From the NCBI GenBank assembly GCA_963806945.1, contig CAWDZH010000003.1, positions 119,958-183,957 on the forward strand: a stretch of DNA of 64,000 bases, given 5' to 3'. Position numbers and translations under genes: made by a program. This DNA is from an uncultured Actinomycetota bacterium. GTDB taxonomy: Bacteria; Actinomycetota; Actinomycetes; Propionibacteriales; Nocardioidaceae. Shown one piece after another: positions 9,525 through 19,462 of this stretch (within the stretch, counting starts at the first letter, position 1; each line of letters opens with the position of its first letter). Under the pieces are notes generated by a model, which saw only the letters and a program-made list of their open reading frames with translations, was not told where the DNA came from and ran no database searches.

Positions 9525-10876
9525 ACGTCTCCGACGACGTGCTGCCGCTGCGGGTGGCGACCAAGGTGTGGTTCCTGATCTCGCTGCAGACCTTCGGCGG
9601 CCCGGCCGGCCAGATTGCGGTCATGGAGCGGGTGCTGGTCGAGGAGAAGCGGTGGATCGGCCACCAACGGTTCCTGTTCGCGCTGTCCTACTGCACCCTG
9701 CTCCCCGGCCCCGAGGCGCAGCAACTGGCGACGTACATCGGCTGGTTGCTCAACGGCGCCAAGGGAGCCCTGATTGCCGGCACCCTCTTCGTCCTGCCGG
9801 GCGTGGTCGCGCTGCTCGTCCTCTCCGGGATCTACGTCGCGTACGGCGACACTGCGTGGCTGGAGGCGATCTTCCTCGGGGTCGGACCGGCCGTGATCGC
9901 GATCGTGGTGAGCGCCCTGTGGCGCCTCGCCGGCCGGGCACTGGGGCACCGCAACCTGCTGGCACTGGCGCTGGCGGCGTTCGTCGCGCTGGCCCTGTTC
10001 GGCGTCCCCTTCCCGCTGGTGATCGCGGGAGCGGCGCTCATCGGGTGGTGGTTCGGGCGACTCGGACTCGTCCCCGACCCACGCCGCCCCGACGCCGCGG
10101 ACGAAGGGCCGCCACCCCTGATCGCCGATGACGCCCTTCACGCGGAGCCCCGCTCGCGCCGTCGTTCGGCCGCGATCCTGGTGGTGGGGCTGGCGTTGTG
10201 GGCGGCACCGGTGGCACTGGCAGCGCTGCTGCTCGGACGCGGCAGTGTCTTCGTCGACCAGGGCCTGTTCTTCTCCGGGGCGGCCGTCGTGACCTTCGGG
10301 GGCGCCTACGCCGTGCTCGCCTACGTCGCCCAGCAGGCGGTCGAGGTCTACGGGTGGCTGGCGCCGGGGGAGATGGTGCGCGGGCTGGCCCTTGCGGAGA
10401 GCACCCCGGGACCGCTGATCATGGTCGTCCAGTTCGTGGCGTTCCTCGGCGCCTACCGGGCGCCCGGGGATCTCGACCCCTGGGTCGCCGCGCTGCTCGG
10501 GGCCCTCGTCACGACCTGGGTCACGTTCGTGCCGTGTTTCCTGTTCATCCTGCTCGGGGCGCCGTACGTCGAGCGGTTGCGTCACCACCGCGGTCTGGCC
10601 TCGGCACTCGCCGGCATCACGGCGGCCGTCGTCGGCGTCATCGCCAACCTCGCGGTCTACTTCGCGCTGCACACGCTCTTCGAGCGGACGCGCGAGGTCG
10701 GTGCCGGTCCATGGGGACTCGAGGTCCCGGTCCTGGCGTCGATCGACCTCGCGGCCCTGGCCCTGACCGGGCTGGCGTTCCTGCTCATCTTCCGGCTCCG
10801 CTGGTCTGCCCTGCGCACTCTCGGGGTCTGCGCTGCGGCAGGACTCGCGGTGGCCGGGATGTTCGCGGGAGGCTGA
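9521..10876 (+). CDS. chrA: Chromate efflux transporter (CHR family)
   Basis: [31 protein letters not shown] and AESTPGPLI motifs. GTG start overlaps the guaA stop (GTGA). Confidence 0.9.
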   Translation: MNVSDDVLPLRVATKVWFLISLQTFGGPAGQIAVMERVLVEEKRWIGHQRFLFALSYCTLLPGPEAQQLATYIGWLLNGAKGALIAGTLFVLPGVVALLVLSGIYVAYGDTAWLEAIFLGVGPAVIAIVVSALWRLAGRALGHRNLLALALAAFVALALFGVPFPLVIAGAALIGWWFGRLGLVPDPRRPDAADEGPPPLIADDALHAEPRSRRRSAAILVVGLALWAAPVALAALLLGRGSVFVDQGLFFSGAAVVTFGGAYAVLAYVAQQAVEVYGWLAPGEMVRGLALAESTPGPLIMVVQFVAFLGAYRAPGDLDPWVAALLGALVTTWVTFVPCFLFILLGAPYVERLRHHRGLASALAGITAAVVGVIANLAVYFALHTLFERTREVGAGPWGLEVPVLASIDLAALALTGLAFLLIFRLRWSALRTLGVCAAAGLAVAGMFAGG

Positions 10877-10896
10877 CCGGGACTAGGCTCGCGGGC

Positions 10897-11871
10897 ATGG
10901 ATCTGGACGGGCTGGCCGCTGAGGTCGACGCGCTGCTCGTGGACGCGGATGTGGCGTTCGCGCGGCAGTACCCAGGGGTCGGGTCGGGGCGGGAGCCGAT
11001 CCACACCTTGTACGTCGCGGCTGGGGACTTCCATGACGACTACGTCCGGGAAGCCGGCCGAGAGGCCGAACAGCTGCTGCTGACCCACGCCGAGGAGTTC
11101 CTCGGGATGCTCGGCGGCGAGGACGCGCTGATGGGCCGGGTGCTGGACAAGCTGGCGACCGAGCCCGTCGAGGACCTGCGGCTGGACTTCGCGGAACCGG
11201 TCGGCGACGACGGCGCCGAGGATCGCCGGGTCGACGCCGCCGCTGCGGCGTGGGCGACCGCGGCCGAGGCCGGCTCCCTGAGCCGGGTCGGCGGCATCCG
11301 TGTCCCCGGTCTGGGCGCTGCCGAGCGCGGCCGGTCGGTTCGCACCCTGGGCCGGTTCCTCGATGGGGTGGGCGAGATCCCGGAGGGCTTCGTCGTGACC
11401 GTGCCGGAGGTGGCCTCCATCGCCCACGTCGAGGCACTGGTCCGGCTGGCCGAGCTGATCGAGAAGCACCTCTCCGGACGGCTCTGCTTCGAGCTGCAGA
11501 TCGAGCGGCCGCAGGCGGTGATCGGACCCAAGGGCTCGGTCCTGGTGGCCAAGATGATCCACCACGCCGACGGCCGGGTCGTGGCAGTCGACCTGATGCC
11601 ACACGCCTTCGGCTCGGCTCGGCTCGCCGACCACGCGCTCACGCTGGTGCGCGCGGCCACCCAGGAGACCGGCGTCCGCGTCGCCGACGGATCGACCCTC
11701 GCGGTGGCGCCGGACCAGGGCGTCGTCGCCGGCTGGGAGCGCCACCTCGACCTGGTTCGCCGGGCCCTCGCGCGTGGCTTCCCGCAGGGCCGGGACGTGG
11801 CGGCCTCACAGTTGCCCACGCGCTATGCGGCGACCCTGGCCCAGGAGGACTCCGGGCCGACCGGAGGCTGA
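10897..11871 (+). CDS. HpcH/HpaI aldolase / citrate-lyase-like (DUF6986-type) protein, divergent
   Basis: EPIHTLYV, KLATEPVEDLRLDF, FELQIE.PQA, VADGST and QLPTRYAA motifs. TAGGCT -10 element 7 nt before the ATG. Confidence 0.6.
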   Translation: MDLDGLAAEVDALLVDADVAFARQYPGVGSGREPIHTLYVAAGDFHDDYVREAGREAEQLLLTHAEEFLGMLGGEDALMGRVLDKLATEPVEDLRLDFAEPVGDDGAEDRRVDAAAAAWATAAEAGSLSRVGGIRVPGLGAAERGRSVRTLGRFLDGVGEIPEGFVVTVPEVASIAHVEALVRLAELIEKHLSGRLCFELQIERPQAVIGPKGSVLVAKMIHHADGRVVAVDLMPHAFGSARLADHALTLVRAATQETGVRVADGSTLAVAPDQGVVAGWERHLDLVRRALARGFPQGRDVAASQLPTRYAATLAQEDSGPTGG

Positions 11872-11886
11872 CCGGGCCGCGGAGGG

Positions 11887-13554
11887 TCAGCGGAAGAGGT
11901 GGAACTCGGCGGTGATGCCGGAGACGTCCAGGATGACCTGTCCCTCGTCGCGCGAGATCTTCCAGTCGTGTTCCAGATAGCCGCGGCCGTCCTGTCCGAC
12001 CTCGACCCGGTCGTACACGCAGCCGTCGCACCACGGCTCGCCGTTGACCCGGCGGACGTTCACCCGCGGCGAGACGTTGTCGCGGAACCCGCTCACCGCC
12101 ACGTCGTACCAGGTGCACGGGTCGCCGGCCGAGTTGACGCACGGGTCGTCGCTGCGCACGAACCGGACCATGGGCGGCTGGGCGCGGGCGCACTCACGGG
12201 TCGCGCGGCTGGTCGCCTCGGCACCCGCCACCGTGATCGCCCGGCTCCGGAAGCGCACGCAGGTCTCGGCACCCCCCACCGGGGTGCGGATCGTGAGCCG
12301 TCCGTCGGCCGGCTGCCAGCCCCCGTCGACGCGGTACTCGACCAGGAGCGCCGCCGCTGACTCGCGGTAGCGCGGTGCGGTGGCCGTGAAGTCGACCGAC
12401 CGGTAGCCGCTCGTGGTCGTGACCGTGGGCGGTGGAGGGGTGGGCGGCGCCACGGCGTCGTCCACGGCGCTGGTGACCCCTGCCTCGACCGGCGTGGTGG
12501 CGGGCGACAGCTGGGGGGCGTCGCGCATGCCGGACAGGGTCACGGCGGCAGCGATCCCACCCAGCAGCATGGCCACCAGCACACCCGCCACCAGCCAGGT
12601 CCCGCTGCGGGCACGCTCCGGGGCGGTGTCGGCGTCGGCGTCGGCGTCGGCGTCGATCGTGGTGATGGGGGCGGGGGAGACCTCCGGCTCCACCGAGGCC
12701 TCTCCGGCGACCGGGAGGTCGATGTCACGCAGGATGCCCAGGAGCGACTGTCGAACCGCCTCGGCCGAGGCGGGCCGACGCTCCGGGTCCTTGTGCATGA
12801 GGTCGGCGAGCACCTCGTCGATCCGCTGGTCGACCGGGTCCCCGGTGTCGAGCTGGGGTGTCGCTTCGTTGATGTGGGAGTTCATCATCTGGAAGTCGGT
12901 CCCGGAGAACGGTGCATCGCCGGTCAGTGCCGCCCACAGCACACAGCCGACGGAGTAGAGGTCGCCACGCTCGTCGGCGGCGTGGCCGAAGTGCCGCTCG
13001 GGAGCCATGTAGGCGGGGCTGCCGATGAGGGCGCCGGCGCGGGTGAGCCCCCGCTGGCCGTCGAGGGCGATGCCGAAGTCGCAGAGGTAGGGGATCAATC
13101 CGTCGGAGCGTCGCCAGAGCAGCACGTTGCCGGGCTTGACGTCGCGGTGGACCACGCCGCTGGCATGGGCGTCGGCCAGCGCCTCGCAGAGCTGGGCGAC
13201 CAACAGCAGCGATGACCGGCGGTCGAGCGCGCCGCGCTCGGTGAGCCAGTGCTGGAGGTCCCCGTCAGGGAAGAGCTCGGTGATGAAGAAGACCGTGTCG
13301 TCATGCTCGCCGTACTCGTGGATGCCCACGATGTGGCGGGAGCGGATCTGGGCGAGCACGGAGGCCTCGCGGGCGAAGCGGGCCTGGTAGCCGTCGCGGT
13401 CGGGCAGCGACGGCAGGAGGATCTTGAGGGCGACCGAGCGGTTCAAGACGGTGTCGACCGCCTCGTAGACGATGCCCATACCGCCGTGACCGATCTCCCG
13501 CACGATGCGGTAGCGGCCGGCGTACTCCTCGTCCGCTTTCGGAAAGCCAGCCAT
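11887..13554 (-). CDS. Hanks-type Ser/Thr protein kinase with TM segment and extracellular domain
   Basis: IGHGGMGIVY, VALK, HRDVKPGN, DFGIA and YMAPE motifs. Hydrophobic segment WLVAGVLVAMLLGGIAAAV. Confidence 0.92.
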   Translation of the reverse strand: MAGFPKADEEYAGRYRIVREIGHGGMGIVYEAVDTVLNRSVALKILLPSLPDRDGYQARFAREASVLAQIRSRHIVGIHEYGEHDDTVFFITELFPDGDLQHWLTERGALDRRSSLLLVAQLCEALADAHASGVVHRDVKPGNVLLWRRSDGLIPYLCDFGIALDGQRGLTRAGALIGSPAYMAPERHFGHAADERGDLYSVGCVLWAALTGDAPFSGTDFQMMNSHINEATPQLDTGDPVDQRIDEVLADLMHKDPERRPASAEAVRQSLLGILRDIDLPVAGEASVEPEVSPAPITTIDADADADADTAPERARSGTWLVAGVLVAMLLGGIAAAVTLSGMRDAPQLSPATTPVEAGVTSAVDDAVAPPTPPPPTVTTTSGYRSVDFTATAPRYRESAAALLVEYRVDGGWQPADGRLTIRTPVGGAETCVRFRSRAITVAGAEATSRATRECARAQPPMVRFVRSDDPCVNSAGDPCTWYDVAVSGFRDNVSPRVNVRRVNGEPWCDGCVYDRVEVGQDGRGYLEHDWKISRDEGQVILDVSGITAEFHLFR

Positions 13555-13633
13555 TCCTGTCCTCGATACGCGTCGGCCATCCCCCGGCCACCCAGACCGG
13601 CGCGATATTACTGTGCTTTGCCGGTGCTCGGGG

Positions 13634-14773
13634 TCAGATGCCGAGGCTGCGCCCGATGATTTCCTTCTGGATCTCGGTCGTGCCGCCGTAGATCGTGGAG
13701 ACCCGGCTGTCCAGGTAGGCCTTGGCGATGGGGTACTCCATCATGTAGCCGTAGCCGCCGTGGAGTTGAACGCCCTGGTTGACGATCTTGTTCTGGAGCT
13801 CGGTCGTCCACCACTTGATCATGGCTGCGTCGACTGCCGAGAGCTGTCCGTCCAGGTGACGGCGCACGCAGTCGTCGAGGAAGGACCTGGCTACCCGGGC
13901 CTCCGTGGCCATCTCGGCGATCAGGAAGCGGTTGTGCTGGAACTTCCCGATCGGCCGGCCGAACGCCTCGCGACTCTTGGCGTAGTCGAGGCACATCTCC
14001 ACGACCGCCTCGATCGCCGCCACGGCCTGGGCGCCGATGATGAGGCGTTCCTGCGGGAGGTTGTGCATCAGGTAGAGGAAGCCCTGGCCCTCCTCGCCGA
14101 GCAGGTTCGTCCTGGGGACCTGTACGTCGGTGAACGACAGCTCGGCGGTGTCCTGCGCGTGCAGCCCGATCTTGTCGAGGTTGCGGCCGCGCTCGAAGCC
14201 GACCATGTCCCGCTCGACCACCAGCAGGCTGATGCCCTGGTGACCGGCGTCGGGGTCGGTGCGCGCGACGACGATGACGAGGTCGGCGTGGATGCCGTTG
14301 CTGATGAAGGTCTTGGAACCGTTGAGGACGTAGTGGTCGCCGGCGTCGACGGCGGTGGTGCGGACTCCTTGCAGGTCCGAGCCGGCGCCCGGCTCGGTCA
14401 TCGCGATCGCGGTGATGATGTCGCCGCTCACACAGCCCGGCAGCCAGCGTCGCTTCTGCTCGTCCGTGCCGAGACTGGTGAGGTAGGGAACGATGATGTC
14501 GCTGTGGACCGAGAACCCGGGGCCGGAGGCGCCGGCCCGGGTCTGCTCCTCCGACAGCACGACGTTGTAGCGGAAGTCGGTGACGCCGGCGCCGCCGTAC
14601 TCCTCGGGGACGTCGAAGCAGAGCAGGCCCGCCTCGCCGGCCTTCTGCCACAGCTCGCGCGGGACGATGCCGTCGCGCTCCCACTGGTCGTGGTGGGGCG
14701 AGACCTCGCGCTCGAAGAAGGTGCGGGCGGTCTTGCGGAAGTCCTCGTGTTCGGCGTCGTAGAGCTTGGTCAC
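13634..14773 (-). CDS. Acyl-CoA dehydrogenase (long-chain type)
   Basis: AMTEPGAGSDLQ, LNGSKTFISNG, QERL, REAFG, QLHGGYGY and IYGGTTEIQKEII motifs. GTG start overlaps the upstream stop. Confidence 0.93.
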   Translation of the reverse strand: MTKLYDAEHEDFRKTARTFFEREVSPHHDQWERDGIVPRELWQKAGEAGLLCFDVPEEYGGAGVTDFRYNVVLSEEQTRAGASGPGFSVHSDIIVPYLTSLGTDEQKRRWLPGCVSGDIITAIAMTEPGAGSDLQGVRTTAVDAGDHYVLNGSKTFISNGIHADLVIVVARTDPDAGHQGISLLVVERDMVGFERGRNLDKIGLHAQDTAELSFTDVQVPRTNLLGEEGQGFLYLMHNLPQERLIIGAQAVAAIEAVVEMCLDYAKSREAFGRPIGKFQHNRFLIAEMATEARVARSFLDDCVRRHLDGQLSAVDAAMIKWWTTELQNKIVNQGVQLHGGYGYMMEYPIAKAYLDSRVSTIYGGTTEIQKEIIGRSLGI

Positions 14774-15813
14774 GCCACCCATTCCTTCATCTGAGCCACC
14801 GTCGCCGCGGGGTCGTCGCTGGCCGGCATCACCGTCAGGTGGGTGACGCCCGCTTCCTTGAACGCGGCGATGCGTTCCTTGACGTACGACGCGGGGCCGA
14901 CCAGGTTGCAGGCCTCGAGCCACTCGGTGGGGACCAGCGCCTCGGCCTCCTTCTTCTTGCCCGACAGGTAGAGGTCCTGGATGTCCTCGGCTTCCTGCTC
15001 GTAGCCGTAGGACTTCGCGACGTCGTTGTAGAAGTTCTTGCCCTTCGCGCCCATGCCGCCGACGTAGAGGGCGAACAGCGGACGCGCGAAGTCCAGCAGG
15101 GCCTTGGTCTCCGGGCCCTCGCCGATGGCGACCATGCCGCCCGCAGCAATCTGGAGCGGCGCCAGGCCGGGCTGCCGCTGGGCGCGACCCGCGGCCAGGG
15201 CGTCTCCCCACACCAGGTGTGATTTCTCCGGGTGGAACAGGTGGGGGATCCAGCCGTCGGCGATGGTGGCCGCCTGCTCGACGGACTTGGGGCCGAGCGC
15301 CGCGATCCAGATCGGGATCGTGTCGCGCTCGGGGTGGGTGAGGATCTTCAGCGGCTTGCCGAGGCCGGTGACCGCCCCGTCCTCCTTCGACAGTGGCAGC
15401 TTGAACACCCCGTCGGAGGTGAGTCTCTCGCGCTGGAGGCCGCGGCGCACGAGGTCGATGATCTCTGCGGTGCGGCCCAGCGGCTTGGAGTACGGGACGC
15501 CGTGCCAGCCCTCGATGACCTGCGGGCCGGAGGCGCCGAGTCCCAGCACTGCGCGGCCGCCCGAGACGTTGTCGAGCCCGGCGGCGGTCTGGAGCAGGGT
15601 GCCTGGGGTGCGGGAGTAGATGTTGAGGATGGCCGACCCGATCTCGACGCGGTCGGTCTTCGCGGCCAGATAGCCCATCAGCGTGGGGGAGTCGAAGCCG
15701 TAGGCCTCGGCCACCCAGACCAGATCGAGGCCGGCCCGCTCGAGCTCGGCGACCTGGTCGGCAGCCGTGCGCGGGTTGCCGTCGTACATCAACGTGTAGG
15801 AGAGCTTCACCAC
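14770..15813 (-). CDS. LLM-class F420-dependent oxidoreductase
   Basis: WVAEAYGFD, LGLGASGPQVIEGWHG and LYVGGMGAKGKNFYN motifs. Confidence 0.88.
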   Translation of the reverse strand: MVKLSYTLMYDGNPRTAADQVAELERAGLDLVWVAEAYGFDSPTLMGYLAAKTDRVEIGSAILNIYSRTPGTLLQTAAGLDNVSGGRAVLGLGASGPQVIEGWHGVPYSKPLGRTAEIIDLVRRGLQRERLTSDGVFKLPLSKEDGAVTGLGKPLKILTHPERDTIPIWIAALGPKSVEQAATIADGWIPHLFHPEKSHLVWGDALAAGRAQRQPGLAPLQIAAGGMVAIGEGPETKALLDFARPLFALYVGGMGAKGKNFYNDVAKSYGYEQEAEDIQDLYLSGKKKEAEALVPTEWLEACNLVGPASYVKERIAAFKEAGVTHLTVMPASDDPAATVAQMKEWVA

Positions 15814-15819
15814 GTCATC

Positions 15820-15838
15820 GTGACAGTAGCGCTGTCAC
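15820..15838. promoter_or_regulatory. Palindromic operator candidate GTGACAG-N5-CTGTCAC
   Basis: Perfect 7-bp inverted repeat directly upstream of the LLM / acyl-CoA dehydrogenase pair. Confidence 0.45.
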
Positions 15839-15874
15839 TATCGCAAGGCTGCCGGACCAGGTCCGGCTCCGAGA

Positions 15875-15949
15875 TCAGAACACGAACAGGGCGAGCACCA
15901 GGATGACGGCGATGACCAGGGCGATGATGGCGATGGTGCGAGTATTCAT
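15875..15949 (-). CDS. Small single-pass membrane peptide, 24 aa (MNTRTIAIIALVIAVILVLALFVF)
   Basis: GAGGAG Shine-Dalgarno 5 nt before the ATG, GC-rich third codon positions, uninterrupted hydrophobic stretch. Absent from the ORF track. Confidence 0.7.
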   Translation of the reverse strand: MNTRTIAIIALVIAVILVLALFVF

Positions 15950-16036
15950 GGAAACTCCTCTGTTGGGGGTGGTGCCGTGGATTGTGGCACTTCGCCGGTC
16001 GGCGTTGCACATCGGCACGCTGATCGAGGCGTGATC

Positions 16037-16579
16037 TCAGTGGGCGAGGCCGTCGATGATTTCGGCGCCGGGAAGGTCTGCGAAGAGCCGACCTGGCAGC
16101 AGCAGCTTGGAGCGACGTACGCCGGAACCGATCAGGGCTGCGTCGAGATCGACGACCCGGGCATCGACCAGCAACCGCCAGCGCCCGGGCAACCCGATCG
16201 GGGTGATCCCGCCGTACTCCATGCCGGACTCCTCGACGGCGCGGTCCATCCCCAGGAAGGAGCACTTCCGCACGTCGAGCAGCCGCTTCACGAGGGCATT
16301 GACGTCGGCGCGGGTGTCGGCGCGGACGACACAGGCCGCGACCCGTTCCTCGCCGTCGCGCTTTCCGGCGACCACGACGCAGTTCGCACCCGCCTCGAGT
16401 GGGACGGCGTAGGCCTCGGAGCAGGCAGTGGTGTCAGCCAGGTCGGGATCGATCTCGGCCACCCCGACCTCCTCGGAGTGTGGCCACCCCGACAACGCGG
16501 CACGGACCGGCTCCGCGAGCAGGTCCGCGCGGCTGCGGACTGGTTCGACGCGAAGGTTTCCGAGGGTCGGCAGGTTCAC
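16037..16579 (-). CDS. YbaK/EbsC (aminoacyl-tRNA deacylase-like) family protein
   Basis: IDPDLADT, ANCVVV, GMEYGGITPIGLP and IGSGVRRSKL motifs. Confidence 0.85.
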   Translation of the reverse strand: MNLPTLGNLRVEPVRSRADLLAEPVRAALSGWPHSEEVGVAEIDPDLADTTACSEAYAVPLEAGANCVVVAGKRDGEERVAACVVRADTRADVNALVKRLLDVRKCSFLGMDRAVEESGMEYGGITPIGLPGRWRLLVDARVVDLDAALIGSGVRRSKLLLPGRLFADLPGAEIIDGLAH

Positions 16580-16601
16580 GGCCTCACCCTAGGCGGCGAC
16601 C

Positions 16602-16856
16602 TCAGGTGCGCCTTCGTGCGGCGAGCGTCATCGCGACCAGACCGGCACCACCGGCGGTGACCCAGGGGATGGGCATCAGCCAACGGATGTCGTCGTCGGC
16701 CACGACGTCGCCGGCGATGAGGGCCCAGACCAGGACCATGCCGGCGAAGGCGATGCCCATCACCAGGTGGCCCACGTTGACCGGGTGCCGCCAGGAGTCG
16801 AGCACGCCCGAGTCGTCGTCGGTGGGCCGGGGGTCGGTGTCGTGGTCGTAGCTCAT
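16602..16856 (-). CDS. Small membrane protein of the PspC module
   Basis: 'WRHPVNVGHLVMGIAFAG...' with two TM segments, directly downstream of the PspC gene. Confidence 0.7.
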   Translation of the reverse strand: MSYDHDTDPRPTDDDSGVLDSWRHPVNVGHLVMGIAFAGMVLVWALIAGDVVADDDIRWLMPIPWVTAGGAGLVAMTLAARRRT

Positions 16857-16861
16857 GGTGG

Positions 16862-18013
16862 TCACTCCGTGTCGATCGTGATCTCGCCGAGCTGGAGGTC
16901 GGCGACGAGGGTGAGGGACGGGGCGTCGGGGCCGCCGTCGTGGGAATGGACGAAGCGGGTGGAGAAGCCGCCACCCTCGCGGTCGAACACCTGGTAGCCG
17001 CCGGGCCCGTCGATGTGGACGTCGGCCTCGATGTCCACGCCGTCGGGCACCACCACCTCGAGGCTGCCGATGTCTCCGGTCAGCTCGATGGTGCGGCCGT
17101 CGAGCTGACCCACGTCGGCCACGTCGGTCAGGTCGAGGATCAGGTCGCCGCTGCCCATCGTGTAGGCGTCGTCGACGTCGACGGACGACACGGGGGTGTA
17201 GACGAAGTCGTCCCCGTCCCACCGGTCGGCGGCGGTGGCCGCGGCCAGGATCGCGAACGCGACGACGCCGATGGCGATCAGTCCGCCGGCGCGGCCCATC
17301 ACCGACCCGATGATCAGCATGGTCGCGATCACGGCGAGGGGCACCGCGGCGTACGCCGAGTCGGCGACCGGCGCGCCGGCGCCGTCGATGATCCCGAGGA
17401 CGCCTTCGATGAACGCGATCAGCAGCAGGGTGAACCAGAACAGGATCGGCCCACGCTTGCGCGGGTCTCGCGGTCGAGGAGCGACGTAGCGGGTCGCGTC
17501 GTAGCCGGAGCCTTCGCCGTAGGACCCGCCGTCGGCAGGCCGGGCGGTGCTGCGCTGCTGGCGGCCCTCGCGGGTGCGGCTCAGCCACACGAACGCGATC
17601 AGGCCGATGATGGCCAGCGGCCACGGGAACCAGTAGGCGCCCCACGAGTCACCGACCAGTGCCAGTGCGGCGATCACGCCGATCGCCACCAGGGCGATCG
17701 TGCGGCTGCGTTCGTCGAGGTGGACGCGAGCGTGCTCGCGGTCCTCCTCGGGAACGAGCGCCCACCCGGCGACGTAGAGGATCAGCCCGGCGCCGCCGAA
17801 GAAGGCGAGCACGACGAAACCGACCCGCAGGATCAGCGGGTCGATGTCGAGGTGGCGGGCCAGGCCGCCGGCGACGCCGGCGACCTTGCGGTCGCCGGTC
17901 GTGCGGCGCAGCCGGCCGAGGTCGCGGACCTCGTCCCGGGTGACGCGGGGTCCCGTGTCGTCGGGGCCCTCGGGCGAAGCATCGGCCGGTGATTCAGGCG
18001 GTGTGGTGGTCAT
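16862..18013 (-). CDS. PspC-domain membrane protein with C-terminal LiaF/DUF2154-like domain
   Basis: PspC motif LRRTTGDRKVAGVAGGLARHLDIDPLILRVGFVVL. C-terminal 'GSGDLILDLT...IGSLEVVVP'. Confidence 0.85.
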   Translation of the reverse strand: MTTTPPESPADASPEGPDDTGPRVTRDEVRDLGRLRRTTGDRKVAGVAGGLARHLDIDPLILRVGFVVLAFFGGAGLILYVAGWALVPEEDREHARVHLDERSRTIALVAIGVIAALALVGDSWGAYWFPWPLAIIGLIAFVWLSRTREGRQQRSTARPADGGSYGEGSGYDATRYVAPRPRDPRKRGPILFWFTLLLIAFIEGVLGIIDGAGAPVADSAYAAVPLAVIATMLIIGSVMGRAGGLIAIGVVAFAILAAATAADRWDGDDFVYTPVSSVDVDDAYTMGSGDLILDLTDVADVGQLDGRTIELTGDIGSLEVVVPDGVDIEADVHIDGPGGYQVFDREGGGFSTRFVHSHDGGPDAPSLTLVADLQLGEITIDTE

Positions 18014-18047
18014 GGCTCCAGCGTGCTGCTTGTCGGGCGTGTGGACC

Positions 18048-18120
18048 ATCGGGGACGACCCTGATCATGCCCGGTCCCGGACCCCGACACCTCAGGGTCG
18101 GGTCGGGGGTTCGCCTCATG
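18048..18120. promoter_or_regulatory. Candidate response-regulator sites in the divergent psp promoter
   Basis: Near-palindrome ATCGGGG-ACGA-CCCTGAT at 18048-18065 and related TCAGGG/TCGGGG half-sites at 18092-18108. Confidence 0.35.
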
Positions 18121-18145
18121 GTCCGGGCCCGCGTGCTGTGTGACG

Positions 18146-19462
18146 ATGGACGACGAGATGAGCACCACTGCCCCGAGCGCCGGTCCTGCTGTCGGGCTGC
18201 GCCACGTACGACGCGCCACGCGCGACACCCAGCAGCCGATCATCGGTGGGGTCGCCGGCGGTCTGGCGCGCCATCTCGCGCTCCCGGTCCTGTGGGTGCG
18301 GGCGGCGTTCATCGCGCTGATCACCCTCGGCGGCCTCGGCATCTTCCTGTACGCCGGGCTCTGGATGGTGTTGCCGGCCGACTCTGCCTTCGCGACCGCG
18401 GCGCCGGGCCTCGAAGGCGCCACCCGAGACGGTCGGCGACCGCCGGGCCGGATCCGGCGGTTGACCGATGCCGGCCCCGCCGTCGTCCTGGGCGTCCTCG
18501 GCGTCGGCGCGGTGCTGATCGTCGACGCCGTGGTCGGTCAGGGCGCGTTGATCTGGGCGGCGTTGCTCGGCCTGGGTGGGGTGGGCCTGCTGTGGCGACA
18601 GGCCGACGAGGCCCAGCGCGAACGGTGGCTCGACACCTCCGGGCGAGTGGACCCGGTCCGGGTGGTGCTGGGGAACGGCGGCTGGGCGGCGTACCTCAGG
18701 CTGCTGGCCGGCGTACTGCTGATCGTGGGCGCGCTGGTCCTGTTCTCGGTGCGCGACGGCGGCTCCTACGGCATGGCGGGGGAGGTGGTCCTGGTGTCCC
18801 TGCTGGCGGTGGTCGGCATCGGCGTGGTCGTGGGGCCCTGGATCTACCGCCTGGCCGCCGACCTCACCGCGGAGCGGGCCGAGCGGGTGCGCACCCAGGA
18901 TCGCGCCGACGTCGCGGCTCATCTGCACGATTCCGTCCTGCAGACCCTGGCGCTGATCCAGAAGAACGCGCACGACGGGCCGTTGGTGGGCCGGCTCGCG
19001 CGGTCCCAGGAGCGCGACCTGCGGTCCTGGCTCTACAGCGGCGAATCCACTGACGACAGCACCGTGGCGGGCGCCTTGCGCCGGGTCGCGGCCCACGTCG
19101 AGGACTCCCACGGCATCCCGGTGGAGCTGGTGGTCGTCGGCGACCTCGCCCATGTCGACGCCGTGACCCCCGTGGTCCGGGCCGCCGGCGAAGCCATCAC
19201 CAACGCGGCCAGGCACGCGGGCGTCGACCGGGTCGACGTCTACGCCGAGGTCACCGACAGCGCCATCACCGTGTTCGTCCGCGACCGCGGCGTCGGCTTC
19301 GACCCGACCTCGATCCCCGAGGACCGGTACGGCGTCCGCCAGAGCATCCACGACCGGATGGCCCGCCACGGCGGTACGTCGGAGATCCGATCCAGCCCCG
19401 GCGAGGGGACCGAGGTGCGGCTGTACCTGCCCGTGACCCCAGGAGGCACAGATGACCAGTGA
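18146..19462 (+). CDS. PspC-domain sensor histidine kinase
   Basis: N-terminal PspC motif (IIGGVAGGLARHL), AAHLHDSVLQTL H-box, EAITNAARHA, DRGVGFD and PGEGTEV motifs. Start could be 18140, 18146 or 18158. Confidence 0.9.
   Translation: MDDEMSTTAPSAGPAVGLRHVRRATRDTQQPIIGGVAGGLARHLALPVLWVRAAFIALITLGGLGIFLYAGLWMVLPADSAFATAAPGLEGATRDGRRPPGRIRRLTDAGPAVVLGVLGVGAVLIVDAVVGQGALIWAALLGLGGVGLLWRQADEAQRERWLDTSGRVDPVRVVLGNGGWAAYLRLLAGVLLIVGALVLFSVRDGGSYGMAGEVVLVSLLAVVGIGVVVGPWIYRLAADLTAERAERVRTQDRADVAAHLHDSVLQTLALIQKNAHDGPLVGRLARSQERDLRSWLYSGESTDDSTVAGALRRVAAHVEDSHGIPVELVVVGDLAHVDAVTPVVRAAGEAITNAARHAGVDRVDVYAEVTDSAITVFVRDRGVGFDPTSIPEDRYGVRQSIHDRMARHGGTSEIRSSPGEGTEVRLYLPVTPGGTDDQ

Noticed and set aside
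12628-12655. (GTCGGC)4 microsatellite
   Set aside because: It is an in-frame Asp-Ala linker of the kinase, with no sign of phase variation.
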